Below are positions 46,799 through 56,264 of a stretch of 64,000 nt of DNA, in pieces. The notes under the pieces are model-generated. The model was not told the origin of the DNA. It saw only the letters and a program-made list of their open reading frames with translations, and did no database searches. Source of the DNA: an uncultured cyanobacterium (GTDB lineage Bacteria > Cyanobacteriota > Cyanobacteriia > PCC-6307 > Cyanobiaceae); assembly GCA_963697335.1 (NCBI GenBank), contig CAVONQ010000018.1, positions 32,001 to 96,000 of the forward strand. The letters are read 5' to 3'. Position 1 is the stretch's first letter; each line of letters starts with the position of its first letter. Both the position numbers and the translations under genes were made by a program.

Positions 46799-48712
46799 AT
46801 GGGAAAGGTTGTTGGTATTGACCTCGGCACCACAAACAGCTGCGTCGCCGTGATGGAGGGCGGCAAGCCCACGGTGATCGCCAATGCGGAGGGCTTCCGC
46901 ACCACCCCTTCGGTGGTGGCGTACACCAAGAACCAGGACCAGCTGGTGGGGCAGATCGCCAAGCGCCAGGCGGTGATGAACCCTGAAAACACCTTCTATT
47001 CGGTGAAGCGCTTCATCGGCCGCCGGGTGGATGAGGTGAATGAAGAGTCGAAGGAAGTGAGCTACGGCGTGGAGAAGGCCGGCTCCAACGTGAAGGTGAA
47101 GTGCCCGGTGCTGAACAAGCAGTTCGCCCCTGAAGAGGTGAGTGCCCAGGTGCTGCGCAAGCTGGCTGAGGACGCCGGCAAGTACCTCGGCGAAACGGTC
47201 ACCCAGGCGGTGATCACCGTGCCCGCCTACTTCAACGACTCCCAGCGCCAGGCCACCAAGGACGCCGGCAAGATCGCTGGCCTGGAAGTGCTGCGGATCA
47301 TCAACGAGCCCACGGCGGCGGCCCTGGCCTATGGCCTCGACAAGAAGAGCAACGAGCGCATCCTGGTGTTCGACCTGGGCGGCGGCACCTTCGACGTGTC
47401 GGTGCTGGAGGTGGGCGACGGCGTGTTCGAGGTGCTCTCCACCAGTGGCGACACCCACCTGGGCGGCGACGACTTCGACAAGGTGATCGTCGATTACCTG
47501 GCCTCCAGCTTCAAGGGCAATGAAGGCATCGACCTGCGGCAGGACAAGCAGGCTCTGCAACGCCTCACCGAAGCGGCCGAGAAGGCCAAGATCGAGCTCT
47601 CCAGCGCCACCCAGAGCGAGATCAACCTGCCGTTCATCACGGCCACTCCCGAGGGGCCCAAGCACCTCGATCTCACCCTCACCCGGGCCAAGTTCGAGGA
47701 GCTGGCCTCCAAGCTGATCGACCGTTGCCGCGTGCCGGTGGAGCAGGCCCTCAAGGACGCCAAGCTCTCCAGCAGCGAGCTGGACGAGGTGGTGATGGTG
47801 GGGGGCTCCACCCGCATCCCTGCCGTGCTCGAGCTGGTCAAGCGCGTCACCGGCAAGGACCCCAACCAGACGGTGAACCCCGATGAGGTGGTGGCCGTGG
47901 GTGCCGCCATCCAGGGCGGCGTGCTTGCCGGTGAGGTGAAGGACATCCTGCTGCTGGATGTCACCCCGCTCTCCCTCGGGGTGGAGACCCTCGGCGGCGT
48001 GATGACCAAGATGATCACCCGCAACACCACCATCCCCACCAAGAAGTCGGAGGTGTACTCCACCGCGGTGGATGGTCAGACCAACGTGGAGATCCACGTG
48101 CTGCAGGGCGAACGCGAGATGGCCAGCGACAACAAGTCGCTCGGCACCTTCCGCCTCGACGGCATTCCCCCCGCCCCCCGCGGCGTGCCCCAGATCGAGG
48201 TCACCTTCGACATCGACGCCAACGGAATCCTCAGCGTGACCGCCAAGGACAAGGGCAGCGGCAAGGAGCAGAGCATCTCGATCACCGGCGCCTCCACCCT
48301 CAGCGACAACGAGGTGGACAAGATGGTGAAGGATGCGGAATCCAATGCCGCCGCCGACAAGGAGAAGCGCGAGCGCATCGACCTCAAGAACCAGGCCGAA
48401 ACCCTGGTGTATCAGGCCGAGAAGCAGCTCGGCGAGCTCGGCGACAAGGTGGGAGCCGAGGACAAGAGCAAGGTGGAGGCCTCCTCCGCCAAGCTCAAGG
48501 AGGCCCTGGAGAAGGAAGACTTCGACACGATCAAGTCTGAGCTCGAGGTTCTGCAGCAGGCCCTCTATGCGGCCGGTGCCGCTGTATACCAACAGGCAGC
48601 AGGTGCTGAGGCGGCTGCGGCTGGCGCCAATGGCAACGGCACATCTGCCGACGCCGGTGCCGGCGCCTCCAGCGACGACGTGATCGACGCCGAGTTCACC
48701 GAGAGCAAGTGA
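46799..48712 (+). CDS. dnaK: Chaperone DnaK (DnaK2-like)
   Basis: [38 protein letters not shown]-terminal [13 protein letters not shown] upstream. Confidence 0.98.
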   Translation: MGKVVGIDLGTTNSCVAVMEGGKPTVIANAEGFRTTPSVVAYTKNQDQLVGQIAKRQAVMNPENTFYSVKRFIGRRVDEVNEESKEVSYGVEKAGSNVKVKCPVLNKQFAPEEVSAQVLRKLAEDAGKYLGETVTQAVITVPAYFNDSQRQATKDAGKIAGLEVLRIINEPTAAALAYGLDKKSNERILVFDLGGGTFDVSVLEVGDGVFEVLSTSGDTHLGGDDFDKVIVDYLASSFKGNEGIDLRQDKQALQRLTEAAEKAKIELSSATQSEINLPFITATPEGPKHLDLTLTRAKFEELASKLIDRCRVPVEQALKDAKLSSSELDEVVMVGGSTRIPAVLELVKRVTGKDPNQTVNPDEVVAVGAAIQGGVLAGEVKDILLLDVTPLSLGVETLGGVMTKMITRNTTIPTKKSEVYSTAVDGQTNVEIHVLQGEREMASDNKSLGTFRLDGIPPAPRGVPQIEVTFDIDANGILSVTAKDKGSGKEQSISITGASTLSDNEVDKMVKDAESNAAADKEKRERIDLKNQAETLVYQAEKQLGELGDKVGAEDKSKVEASSAKLKEALEKEDFDTIKSELEVLQQALYAAGAAVYQQAAGAEAAAAGANGNGTSADAGAGASSDDVIDAEFTESK

Positions 48713-48765
48713 TCGGGCCGGGGAGGTCGTCCCTCCCCGAGTCCTTCTCCCTCAACTCCCGATGC

Positions 48766-48796
48766 AAAAAACTCCCCCAACTGGGGGAGTTTTGTT
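48766..48796. terminator. Bidirectional intrinsic terminator between convergent dnaK and pstS
   Basis: AAAAAACTCCCCC-AACT-GGGGGAGTTTTGTT; a second GC hairpin lies at 48719-48739. Confidence 0.85.
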
Positions 48797-48856
48797 GTGA
48801 GCGCCATGGTGTGAGAGAACACCAGGCTCACCCGCAGGTTCGCCTGGTCGAGGGGC

Positions 48857-49867
48857 TCACTTCGAGATCATGGCCACGACCGCCTTGGCCTTCTCCACCA
48901 CCGAGGGGGGCAGGGTCACGTAGCCCAGTTCGGGGGCCAGGGCCTGGGCCGGCTCGGAGAGCATGGTGTTGAACACCTTCTGCAGCAGCGGGGTTTTATC
49001 GCCGTTGCCGCTCTTGTAGGCCAGGATCCAGGTGAAGGTGACGATCGGGTAACCCTTGGCTGGGTTGGGGTTGCTGCCGGTGAGATCCTCACCCAGATCG
49101 ATCGAGGCGAGGGCTTCGCTCTCGGTGGCATTGGTGGGCATCACAATCTCGCCGGAGCCGTTTTCCAGGGCTGCCGACTGCAGGGGATCCTTGACGAAGG
49201 CCACTTCCACATAGCCGATGCCCCCTTCGAGCTGGGTGAGCTGGGCGGCCACGCCCTCATTGCCCTTGGCACCCACGCCGGTGGGCCAGTTCACGGCCTT
49301 GTCGGCGCCGGGACCAGCCTTCCATTCCGGGCTCACGGCGGCCAGGTGGTTGGTGAAGTTGAACGTGGTGCCCGAGCCGTCGGAGCGGTGCACGATCGTG
49401 ATCGTCTTGTCGTCGCAACCCAGTTCGCTGTAGTTGGTGATCTTGCCGAGGAAGATGTCAGCGAGCTGCTTCTGGGTGAGCTTGAGCTCGCAGCCGGGAT
49501 TGTTGTAGGCCACGGCGATGGCTCCGGCTGTCATCGGGATCTGGAGCACGCCGCGGGGCATCTTGGCGATCTCCTCCTCATCCATCGGCTTGTCGGAGGC
49601 GCCGAAATCCACGGTTTCAGCCAGGAACTGGCGTACGCCGGCCCCGGAACCCACCGACTGGTAGTTGACGTTGATGCCATCGGCGCTCATGTCCTTGAAC
49701 CAGCGCTGGTAGATGGCTGAAGGGAAGGAGGCTCCGGCTCCGTTGAGGGTGCCGGTGACGCTGCCTTCACCTCCGCCGCCACCACCACAGGCAGCGACCG
49801 AGAGGGTGAGGCCCGAGAGGGCAAGGGCGGCGGTGGAGCGGCGCAACAGGCCGGGAAGCATCGTCAT
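48857..49867 (-). CDS. pstS: Phosphate ABC transporter substrate-binding lipoprotein PstS
   Basis: Lipobox VAAC, GAGASFP, YQSVGSGAG, DFGASD, HRSDGSGTT, GAKGNEGV, YPIVTFTW. Confidence 0.95.
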   Translation of the reverse strand: MTMLPGLLRRSTAALALSGLTLSVAACGGGGGGEGSVTGTLNGAGASFPSAIYQRWFKDMSADGINVNYQSVGSGAGVRQFLAETVDFGASDKPMDEEEIAKMPRGVLQIPMTAGAIAVAYNNPGCELKLTQKQLADIFLGKITNYSELGCDDKTITIVHRSDGSGTTFNFTNHLAAVSPEWKAGPGADKAVNWPTGVGAKGNEGVAAQLTQLEGGIGYVEVAFVKDPLQSAALENGSGEIVMPTNATESEALASIDLGEDLTGSNPNPAKGYPIVTFTWILAYKSGNGDKTPLLQKVFNTMLSEPAQALAPELGYVTLPPSVVEKAKAVVAMISK

Positions 49868-49935
49868 GACTGCGGTGGCGGTGAAGAGAGGGAACGACGT
49901 CACCGTTTTGACCGTACGCAAGCTGGGGCCCGCTG

Positions 49936-49954
49936 GCGTTAACACCGTCTTAAG
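49936..49954 (-). promoter_or_regulatory. Putative Pho (SphR/PhoB) box upstream of pstS
   Basis: Minus strand CTTAAGAC-GGT-GTTAACGC: two TTAA cores at 11-bp period, similar to the cyanobacterial PyTTAAPyPy(T/A) repeat. Confidence 0.5.
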
Positions 49955-51074
49955 GGCAGGGCGCTCGTGACTCGATTCCCTCCAGCACCCAGGCGGCCGA
50001 GGCCGGGGCCAGCAGCACTCCGTTGCGGTAGTGGCCGCTCACCAGCCACAGGCCCGGTTCCAGCTGCTCGTGCAGGGGGGCTGGCCGGCCCACGGGCCTG
50101 GCCCGGCAGCCCTGCCACGCCTCCACCACGGTGGCCTGCTGCAGCCAGTCGAGGCCGGCGTCGCCCCAGTGGCGCAGTCTCGCCAGCTGGCCGGGGTCGG
50201 CCCGGCTGCCCGCCTCCAGGCTGGCGCCCAGCCAGAACGTCCCTTCAGCCCCCAGGTCGGGCCGGGGCACCAGGTTGAGGCCGCGCCACACCGCCACCCC
50301 GGGCCAGGTCCAGGGGCACGGGGTGGAGTGCCGCAGGCTGACGGCCTGGCCGAGCACCGGCTCCATCGCGGCGCTGAATCCCAGCGGCTGCAGCAGAGCC
50401 GGGCTGGCCAGCCCGGCCGCCAGCACCACGTGGGCCAGCCCAGCCACCACCTCGCCGTCCTCCAGCAGCAGCCGCCAGCGCCCCGGACCGTCGCGCTCAA
50501 TGGCGTCCACCCTCTGCCCCGCGGTTGCCAGGCCGCTGTCCCGGCCATCGGCGAGCAGGGCGGCCATGGCCGCGGCGGGATCGATCTGGCCATCCTGGGG
50601 GGAGTGGAGCGCCCCGATGGCCGCGGGCGGCAGGGCCGGCTGCAGCGTGGCCAGCCGGGCGCGATCCCACAGCTCCAGCGCCAGGCCCAGCTGCCGCCGC
50701 TCGGCCACCAGCGCCTGCTGCCGCTGCCATTCCTCGGGCTCGGCCGCCAGCCACAGCAGCCCCTGCCGCCGGGGCAGCCGGTGGCCCCGCTCCGCCAGCT
50801 CCTGCAGCCAGCTGTGCCAGAGGGCCAGGCTCTGCTGACGCAGCTGCCAGGCGCGGCCCCGGCTGCGGTGGAACACCTGCGCCATCAGCACCCCGAGGGC
50901 CGCGCCGCTGCCACTGCGCTGGCTGGGGCCGACTGGGGTGATCCCCTGGTCGGGGCCGGGGGGACCAAGCGACGGGTCGATCAGCAGCACCCGGTGGCCC
51001 CTGCGCTGCAGCAGCCAGGAGCAGCACAGGCCCACGACGCCTGCCCCCACCACCGCAACGGACGGCGTCTTCAG
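49950..51074 (-). CDS. FAD-dependent oxidoreductase (ThiO/DAO family)
   Basis: SVAVVGAGVVG Rossmann motif, DGQIDP, PVLGQA, GHYRNGVLLAPASA; start CTG 51074 or GTG 51053. Confidence 0.88.
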   Translation of the reverse strand: MKTPSVAVVGAGVVGLCCSWLLQRRGHRVLLIDPSLGPPGPDQGITPVGPSQRSGSGAALGVLMAQVFHRSRGRAWQLRQQSLALWHSWLQELAERGHRLPRRQGLLWLAAEPEEWQRQQALVAERRQLGLALELWDRARLATLQPALPPAAIGALHSPQDGQIDPAAAMAALLADGRDSGLATAGQRVDAIERDGPGRWRLLLEDGEVVAGLAHVVLAAGLASPALLQPLGFSAAMEPVLGQAVSLRHSTPCPWTWPGVAVWRGLNLVPRPDLGAEGTFWLGASLEAGSRADPGQLARLRHWGDAGLDWLQQATVVEAWQGCRARPVGRPAPLHEQLEPGLWLVSGHYRNGVLLAPASAAWVLEGIESRAPCP

Positions 51075-51565
51075 GTCTGCTTGAGGTCGGCCTGCACCTG
51101 CTCGGGGAGGATCTGGGCGTAGCGGCCGAAGCCGCTGGCCACCTTGATGTAGGACTTGCGCAGCTGTTCGCCGTCCTGGAGCCGGGCGGCCTCATCGAGC
51201 TGGGCCATGGCCAGCTTGAGCTGGGAGGCCAGCTTGTCGGCCTCGGGCCGATCCGCCGGCAGCAGGCGCTGGTTGATGTAGCTCATCTGGCGCCCCACCT
51301 CCTGCATGGGTCCGCGCAGCAGGTTCCGGGTGAAGGTCCAGTCGCGATCCCCCACCAACGTGGCCAGTTCGGGCAGGCGATCCCGGGCCGCCAGGAAGCC
51401 CTCGGCCTGGCGCTCGATCGCGGCGATGTCCTCGGCGCTGAGGCTGGGGGGCTTGGCCTGGCTGCCGCTGCAGGCGCTGAGACCGAAGCTGAGCACTCCC
51501 ACCAGGACCACCAGGGCCAGACGCTTCAGCACGGCACGAAGCGAGGAGACCATCTGGGCGGCCAT
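51071..51565 (-). CDS. psbQ: Photosystem II lipoprotein CyanoQ
   Basis: Lipobox LSAC, RLPELATLV..DWTFTRNLLRGPMQEV..LLPADR; start 51565 or 51553. Confidence 0.88.
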   Translation of the reverse strand: MAAQMVSSLRAVLKRLALVVLVGVLSFGLSACSGSQAKPPSLSAEDIAAIERQAEGFLAARDRLPELATLVGDRDWTFTRNLLRGPMQEVGRQMSYINQRLLPADRPEADKLASQLKLAMAQLDEAARLQDGEQLRKSYIKVASGFGRYAQILPEQVQADLKQT

Positions 51566-51680
51566 GGGCGAGCTGTTCAGGCAGGAACGACTGTACGTGC
51601 GTCCCCCTACGCGGCCCATCACCGCTGTGGATCCGGCTTGGTCTGGCGTCACAATGTCCCCTGTGCTGGGCCCAGGGCCG

Positions 51681-52556
51681 ATGAGCGTGCCGAGCGCGAT
51701 CCTGCAGCTGATCTGCCCCGACCGGCCAGGGCTGGTGAGCGAACTCTCCGGCTGGGTGGCGGCCAATGGCGGCAATATTCGCCATGCTGATCACCACACC
51801 GACCTCGGAGCTGGCCTGTTTCTGAGCCGGATCGAGTGGGCCCTGGAGGGTTTCGGCCTGCCGCGGCAGAGCATCGCCCCGGCGGTATCAGCCCTGGCCC
51901 GGCGACTCGACGGCGAGGGTCTGCTGCATTTCTCCGATGCCATCCCCCGGGCGGCCATCTTCGTGAGCCGCCAGGAGCATTGCCTGGTGGACCTGCTCTG
52001 GCGGGTGCGGGCCGGCGAGCTGGCCATGCAGGTGCCCCTGGTGGTGTCCAACCATCCGGATCTGCGGGAGCTGGCCGAGGGCTTCGGGGCGACCTATGTG
52101 CAGGTGCCGGTGACCGCCGCCGACAAGGGAGCCGCCGAAGCGGCCCAGCTGGAGCTGCTGCGCCAGCACGGCATCGAGCTGGTGGTGCTGGCCAAGTACA
52201 TGCAGGTGCTCAGCCCCGGCTTCCTGGAGAGCTTCCGCCGGCAGCCCGGCAGTCTCGCCCAGGTGATCAACATCCACCACTCCTTTCTGCCCGCCTTCCA
52301 GGGGGCCCAGCCCTACCAGCGGGCCTGGCAGCGGGGGGTGAAGCTGATCGGCGCCACGGCCCACTACGTGACTGAGGAGTTGGACGGCGGTCCGATCATC
52401 GAGCAGGCCACCGTGCACGTGAGCCACCGCGATGAGGTGGAGGATCTGATCCGCAAGGGGCGGGATACGGAGCGCCTCGCCCTGGCCAGGGCCGTGCGTC
52501 TGCATCTGCGCCGCCAGGTGATGGTCTACCGGGGCAGAACGGCGGTGTTCGACTGA
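51681..52556 (+). CDS. purU: Formyltetrahydrofolate deformylase
   Basis: CPDRPGLV (ACT domain), VLAKYMQVLS, INIHHSFLPAF, RGVKLIGATAHYVT, GPIIEQ. Confidence 0.96.
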   Translation: MSVPSAILQLICPDRPGLVSELSGWVAANGGNIRHADHHTDLGAGLFLSRIEWALEGFGLPRQSIAPAVSALARRLDGEGLLHFSDAIPRAAIFVSRQEHCLVDLLWRVRAGELAMQVPLVVSNHPDLRELAEGFGATYVQVPVTAADKGAAEAAQLELLRQHGIELVVLAKYMQVLSPGFLESFRRQPGSLAQVINIHHSFLPAFQGAQPYQRAWQRGVKLIGATAHYVTEELDGGPIIEQATVHVSHRDEVEDLIRKGRDTERLALARAVRLHLRRQVMVYRGRTAVFD

Positions 52557-54205
52557 GCCGGCGCGGGCTGGGACAGGCTGCGGCGCCCATGCTCCGCCAG
52601 CACCGCCTCGCTCAGGGGGCCATCCAGGTGCGCCCAGGGCAGCACCCGCCCTGGCTCCCAGGTGGCGTGGACCACTGCGTCCCAGGCGGGTGGCAGGGGC
52701 AGGCCGGCGGGCCGCTGCACCGTTTCTGCCAGCACGGCCCGGTAGGCCCGCTTCCAGCCCCCGAGGCTCTCGTGGCTGCCCCGGGCCGCCGCGATCACCG
52801 GCGCCAGGCGACGGTCGCTGCGGGAGAGCAGGGCCTGGATCACACTCCAGCCATAGCTCTCGGGGCGCAGCTCCACGCCCTTGGGCCGCAGCCGCTTGGC
52901 CAGCAGCTTCAGGTGCCGTTCGGCCTCAGGCCGCACCCCCTGCCATTGGAAGGGGGTGTGGGCCTTGGGCACGAAGGTGCTCACCCCGAGGCTGAGCCGC
53001 AGGCCGGGGGTGGCCTTCTTGAGCTGGAGCAGCAGATCGGCGGTGGCCTCGATGTCGGCTTCCGTTTCCGTGGGCAGACCTGCCATGCCGTAGAGCTTCA
53101 GGCCGCTGAGACCTCCCTCGCGGGCATAGCGGGCCGCGGCGAAGATCTCCTCAGTGGCGAGTTTCTTGTTCACCAGCTCCCGCATGCGTTCGCTGCCGCT
53201 CTCGATCGCGATCGTGAGCGATTTGCTGCCCCGTTTGGCCAGGATCCGGCCCAGTTGCGGGGTCACCGTGGCGGCCCGCACCGAACTCACGCTGACGCGG
53301 CTGCCCTCGAAGCGATCGCCATCCAGCCAGTGCAGCAGCTCGGAGAACTGGGGGTGCTGGGTCACCGACGCCCCGAGCAGGCCGAGCCGCTGGGTCACGG
53401 CCAGGCCCGCCTCCACCGCCGGGATCAGGCCGTCGTCGAGGGAGGGGGTGCGGAAGGGAAGGGTGAGATAGCTCGCCAGGCAGAAACGGCACAGCTCCGG
53501 GCAGCTGCGCACCACCTCCACCATGTGGATCGAGGGCCAGGCCGCCTCGGGGGTGACCACCATCGAGTGGCTCAGGGTGTTCCCCTGCCAGGTCTGTTTG
53601 GCCACGCGCTCAGGCAGGCCCGGCGCCAGCGGCCTCACCCGCAGCAACGTGCCATCTGGGGCGTAATCCGGCTGGTAGAGCGACGGCACATAGATCCCGG
53701 GTACCTGGGCCAGCCGGGCCAGCCGTTCGGCCCTGGGGGCCTGGCGGCAGGCCTGCACGGCCTCGATGAACGCCGGCAGCAGCAGTTCGCCGTCGCCCAG
53801 CAGCACGGCATCGAAGAATGGTGCCAGGGGCTCCGGGTTGGCCGTGAGCACCGGCCCGCCGCCGAACACGATCGGATCGGTGTCGCTCCGCTCGCTGGTC
53901 CAGATCGGAATCCGCTCCTGCTGCAGCAGATCCAGCAACACCGGTCCGTCCAGCTCCCAGCTGAGTGACAGGCCGAACAGGTCAAGATCCGGCCCGCGGC
54001 CGCGGCTGCGGCCATGGGGCGGATCACCCTGGTCGGTGAACAGGCGGCGCACGTCCACGTCGGAGCGGCGGGCCAGGCTGGCCCACACCACCTGATACCC
54101 CAGGCTGGTGATCCCCACGCTGTAGCTGCTGGGGAAGGCCAGCACGGCTCGCAGGGCCCCCGCCTCGGGCTGGGCCGGTTCAAACAGCAGGGTTTCCTGG
54201 TGCAG
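52526..54205 (-). CDS. Radical SAM protein (B12-binding-like N-terminus)
   Basis: EVVRSCPELCRFC (CxxxCxxC), GITSLGYQ, FGGGPVLTANPEP, FVPKAHTPFQ; start CTG 54205 or GTG 54145. Confidence 0.88.
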   Translation of the reverse strand: MHQETLLFEPAQPEAGALRAVLAFPSSYSVGITSLGYQVVWASLARRSDVDVRRLFTDQGDPPHGRSRGRGPDLDLFGLSLSWELDGPVLLDLLQQERIPIWTSERSDTDPIVFGGGPVLTANPEPLAPFFDAVLLGDGELLLPAFIEAVQACRQAPRAERLARLAQVPGIYVPSLYQPDYAPDGTLLRVRPLAPGLPERVAKQTWQGNTLSHSMVVTPEAAWPSIHMVEVVRSCPELCRFCLASYLTLPFRTPSLDDGLIPAVEAGLAVTQRLGLLGASVTQHPQFSELLHWLDGDRFEGSRVSVSSVRAATVTPQLGRILAKRGSKSLTIAIESGSERMRELVNKKLATEEIFAAARYAREGGLSGLKLYGMAGLPTETEADIEATADLLLQLKKATPGLRLSLGVSTFVPKAHTPFQWQGVRPEAERHLKLLAKRLRPKGVELRPESYGWSVIQALLSRSDRRLAPVIAAARGSHESLGGWKRAYRAVLAETVQRPAGLPLPPAWDAVVHATWEPGRVLPWAHLDGPLSEAVLAEHGRRSLSQPAPAQSNTAVLPR

Positions 54206-54272
54206 GGGAGAGACAGACCTTGGGTCTCCCTAGCGTCTCACCCTGAGCAGGGGGGGCGTGGCCCCGCCTGCC

Positions 54273-54695
54273 TCACTTGCCCATCAAGGCCGAGAGGGGA
54301 CCCATCAGCCCGGAGATGGCGGAGGCGGTTTCGCCCTCGGTCGGGTTGCCCTTGTCCACCGTGCTGATCAGCAGCTGGGCACCCTGATCGATCATGGGCC
54401 ACTTGTCCCCGGCCAGGGGCTGGATCACCGGGGCGGCCTTCTGCCACAGGGCCGGGAAACCGCCCAGGGTGGCCAGGGCCGTCTGCAGGTTGCCGCTGTT
54501 GAGCTGGGTGCTGCCCTTGCCGAGCAGATCCAGCACCGGGGTCACCGCCGGTGCCAGGGCGGCCTGTCCGGTGGCGGTGGCGGCGTCCTTGACGGCGTCC
54601 GGCATGGTCTGGCTCACCTGCTGGCAACCGCTCAGCAGCAGGCCCCCGGCCAGGACGGCGGCGGCGAGTCTCGGCAGGGCTGAGGGGAGGGACAT
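54273..54695 (-). CDS. Hypothetical lipoprotein (140 aa)
   Basis: Signal peptide with lipobox LSGC; helical mature part; host codon usage. Confidence 0.72.
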   Translation of the reverse strand: MSLPSALPRLAAAVLAGGLLLSGCQQVSQTMPDAVKDAATATGQAALAPAVTPVLDLLGKGSTQLNSGNLQTALATLGGFPALWQKAAPVIQPLAGDKWPMIDQGAQLLISTVDKGNPTEGETASAISGLMGPLSALMGK

Positions 54696-54750
54696 CCGGA
54701 GATCGCAAAGTTCCCCATGAACGTATTGGCGGCGGAACGACCTGGTCAGC

Positions 54751-56250
54751 TCAATCCGGCTTCGGTTGCACGTCGTGATCTGCCTTGGCCCTCGGCAGGG
54801 GGCGTGGGCGCAGGGGCACGGTGTTGAGTCGCAGGGCCTCGGGGCCGGCACGCCTGTCGCCAGCGCTGGGTGGCACCGGCACCATCAGCCGCTTGAACAG
54901 CGACTGGGGGTGCAGCAGCTGCGCCATCACCAGGCTGCCCAGGCAGGCGATCAGCACCGGCCGCAGGATCAGCAGATTCTTGGTCACAGCGAAGGTGAGA
55001 AAGGTGGCGCTGATCGGCGCCCGCGCGCAGGCGGCCATGAAAGCCCCCATGCCGGCGAACACAGCGGTGCTGGGGGCATCCGGGCCCAGCTGTTCCACCA
55101 GCGCCGCCCCCGCCAGCCCCAGGGCTCCTCCCAGGGTGAGCATCGGCGCGAACAGGCCGCCGGGGGTGCCGGCGGCGGCGGCGATGCCGGTGGTGAGGAA
55201 CACCACCAGAAAGATGGCCAGGGCCTTGGTGAGATCCACGTTGCCTTCGGCGATCGCCTGGCGGATCCCGGCCCGGTTGATGAAGTCGGCTGGCAGCCAG
55301 GCATCGGCCAGCCCGAGGAGGCAGCCGGTGACGCCCATGGCGGCTGGCAGGGGGACCTGCCAGCGCAGTCTCAGCCGGTGCAGCCCCACCACATAGCGGC
55401 AGTAGAGCTCCGCCGCCAGCGCCACCACCGCCCCCAGGGCGAACAGCCACAGCAGGTCGATCGGACGCACCACCACGAAGGTGTCCACCTGGCGGGAGAG
55501 CTGGAAGATCGCGGTGGATGGGCTGGAGGTGGAATCCGGATCGAGGTTCACCAGCCGGGCCAGGCCGAGCAGGTCGGCCCAGGTGTCGGCCCAGAACGTG
55601 GTGACCAGCACCAGCAGCATCACCACGGGTCTGGCGCCCTGCAGCAGTTCCTCGATGGCATAGAGAAAGCCCCCGATCGGAGCCCGGAACACCGCCGCCA
55701 CCCCGGCGCCACCGCCGGCGGCCACGATCATGCGCCGGAAGGCGTTGGGGGCCCGCAGCAGCCGGGCCATCTCCCAGCCCACCGAACTCCCCATCTGCAC
55801 CGAGGGGCCCGAGGGGCCGAGGGGAAAGCCGCAGCCGATCGCCACGATCCCCGCCACCAGCTTCACCGCCGCCACCTGGAACCCCATCGGCACCGACTGG
55901 CGGCGCAGGAATTGCATCACCTGGGGGATGCCCGAGCCCTGGGCCGCCGGGGCCAGGGTCTGCACGAGCAGTCCGGCCAGCAGGCCCCCACCGCCGCCGA
56001 TGGCGGGCAGCACCACCCAGTTCGGCCCCAGCTCCTGCATCTGGATGCGCCAGCGCCCCAGGCTTTCCAGGCCGCTGCGGAACAGCACCGCCGCCGTGGT
56101 GGCGCCCAGACCGGTGATGACCAAGGCCAGCACCACCACGAACCAGCGGTGCTGCAGCAGCCGCAGGATCGAGGCGCTGGACATCGGTTTCAGCTGCGGC
56201 AGGCCCTGGGCCCTTGACGGACTCGGTCTGCGCCAGAGGCGACCCAGCAT
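54751..56250 (-). CDS. ClC-family chloride channel/transporter with atypical gating residues
   Basis: GSGIP, LGPSGPSVQMG, AAVFRAPIGG..EE, GLFAPML, RAPISA; no CBS domains. Confidence 0.92.
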   Translation of the reverse strand: MLGRLWRRPSPSRAQGLPQLKPMSSASILRLLQHRWFVVVLALVITGLGATTAAVLFRSGLESLGRWRIQMQELGPNWVVLPAIGGGGGLLAGLLVQTLAPAAQGSGIPQVMQFLRRQSVPMGFQVAAVKLVAGIVAIGCGFPLGPSGPSVQMGSSVGWEMARLLRAPNAFRRMIVAAGGGAGVAAVFRAPIGGFLYAIEELLQGARPVVMLLVLVTTFWADTWADLLGLARLVNLDPDSTSSPSTAIFQLSRQVDTFVVVRPIDLLWLFALGAVVALAAELYCRYVVGLHRLRLRWQVPLPAAMGVTGCLLGLADAWLPADFINRAGIRQAIAEGNVDLTKALAIFLVVFLTTGIAAAAGTPGGLFAPMLTLGGALGLAGAALVEQLGPDAPSTAVFAGMGAFMAACARAPISATFLTFAVTKNLLILRPVLIACLGSLVMAQLLHPQSLFKRLMVPVPPSAGDRRAGPEALRLNTVPLRPRPLPRAKADHDVQPKPD

Positions 56251-56264
56251 CGGGTCGCCCTCCC

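Noticed and set aside
46670..48592. 865-aa minus-strand ORF appearing to fuse a 641-aa N-terminal extension to AroE
   Set aside because: The extension is the well-known stop-free antisense frame of dnaK/hsp70 genes, caused by codon bias; AroE motifs begin only at ATG 46669.
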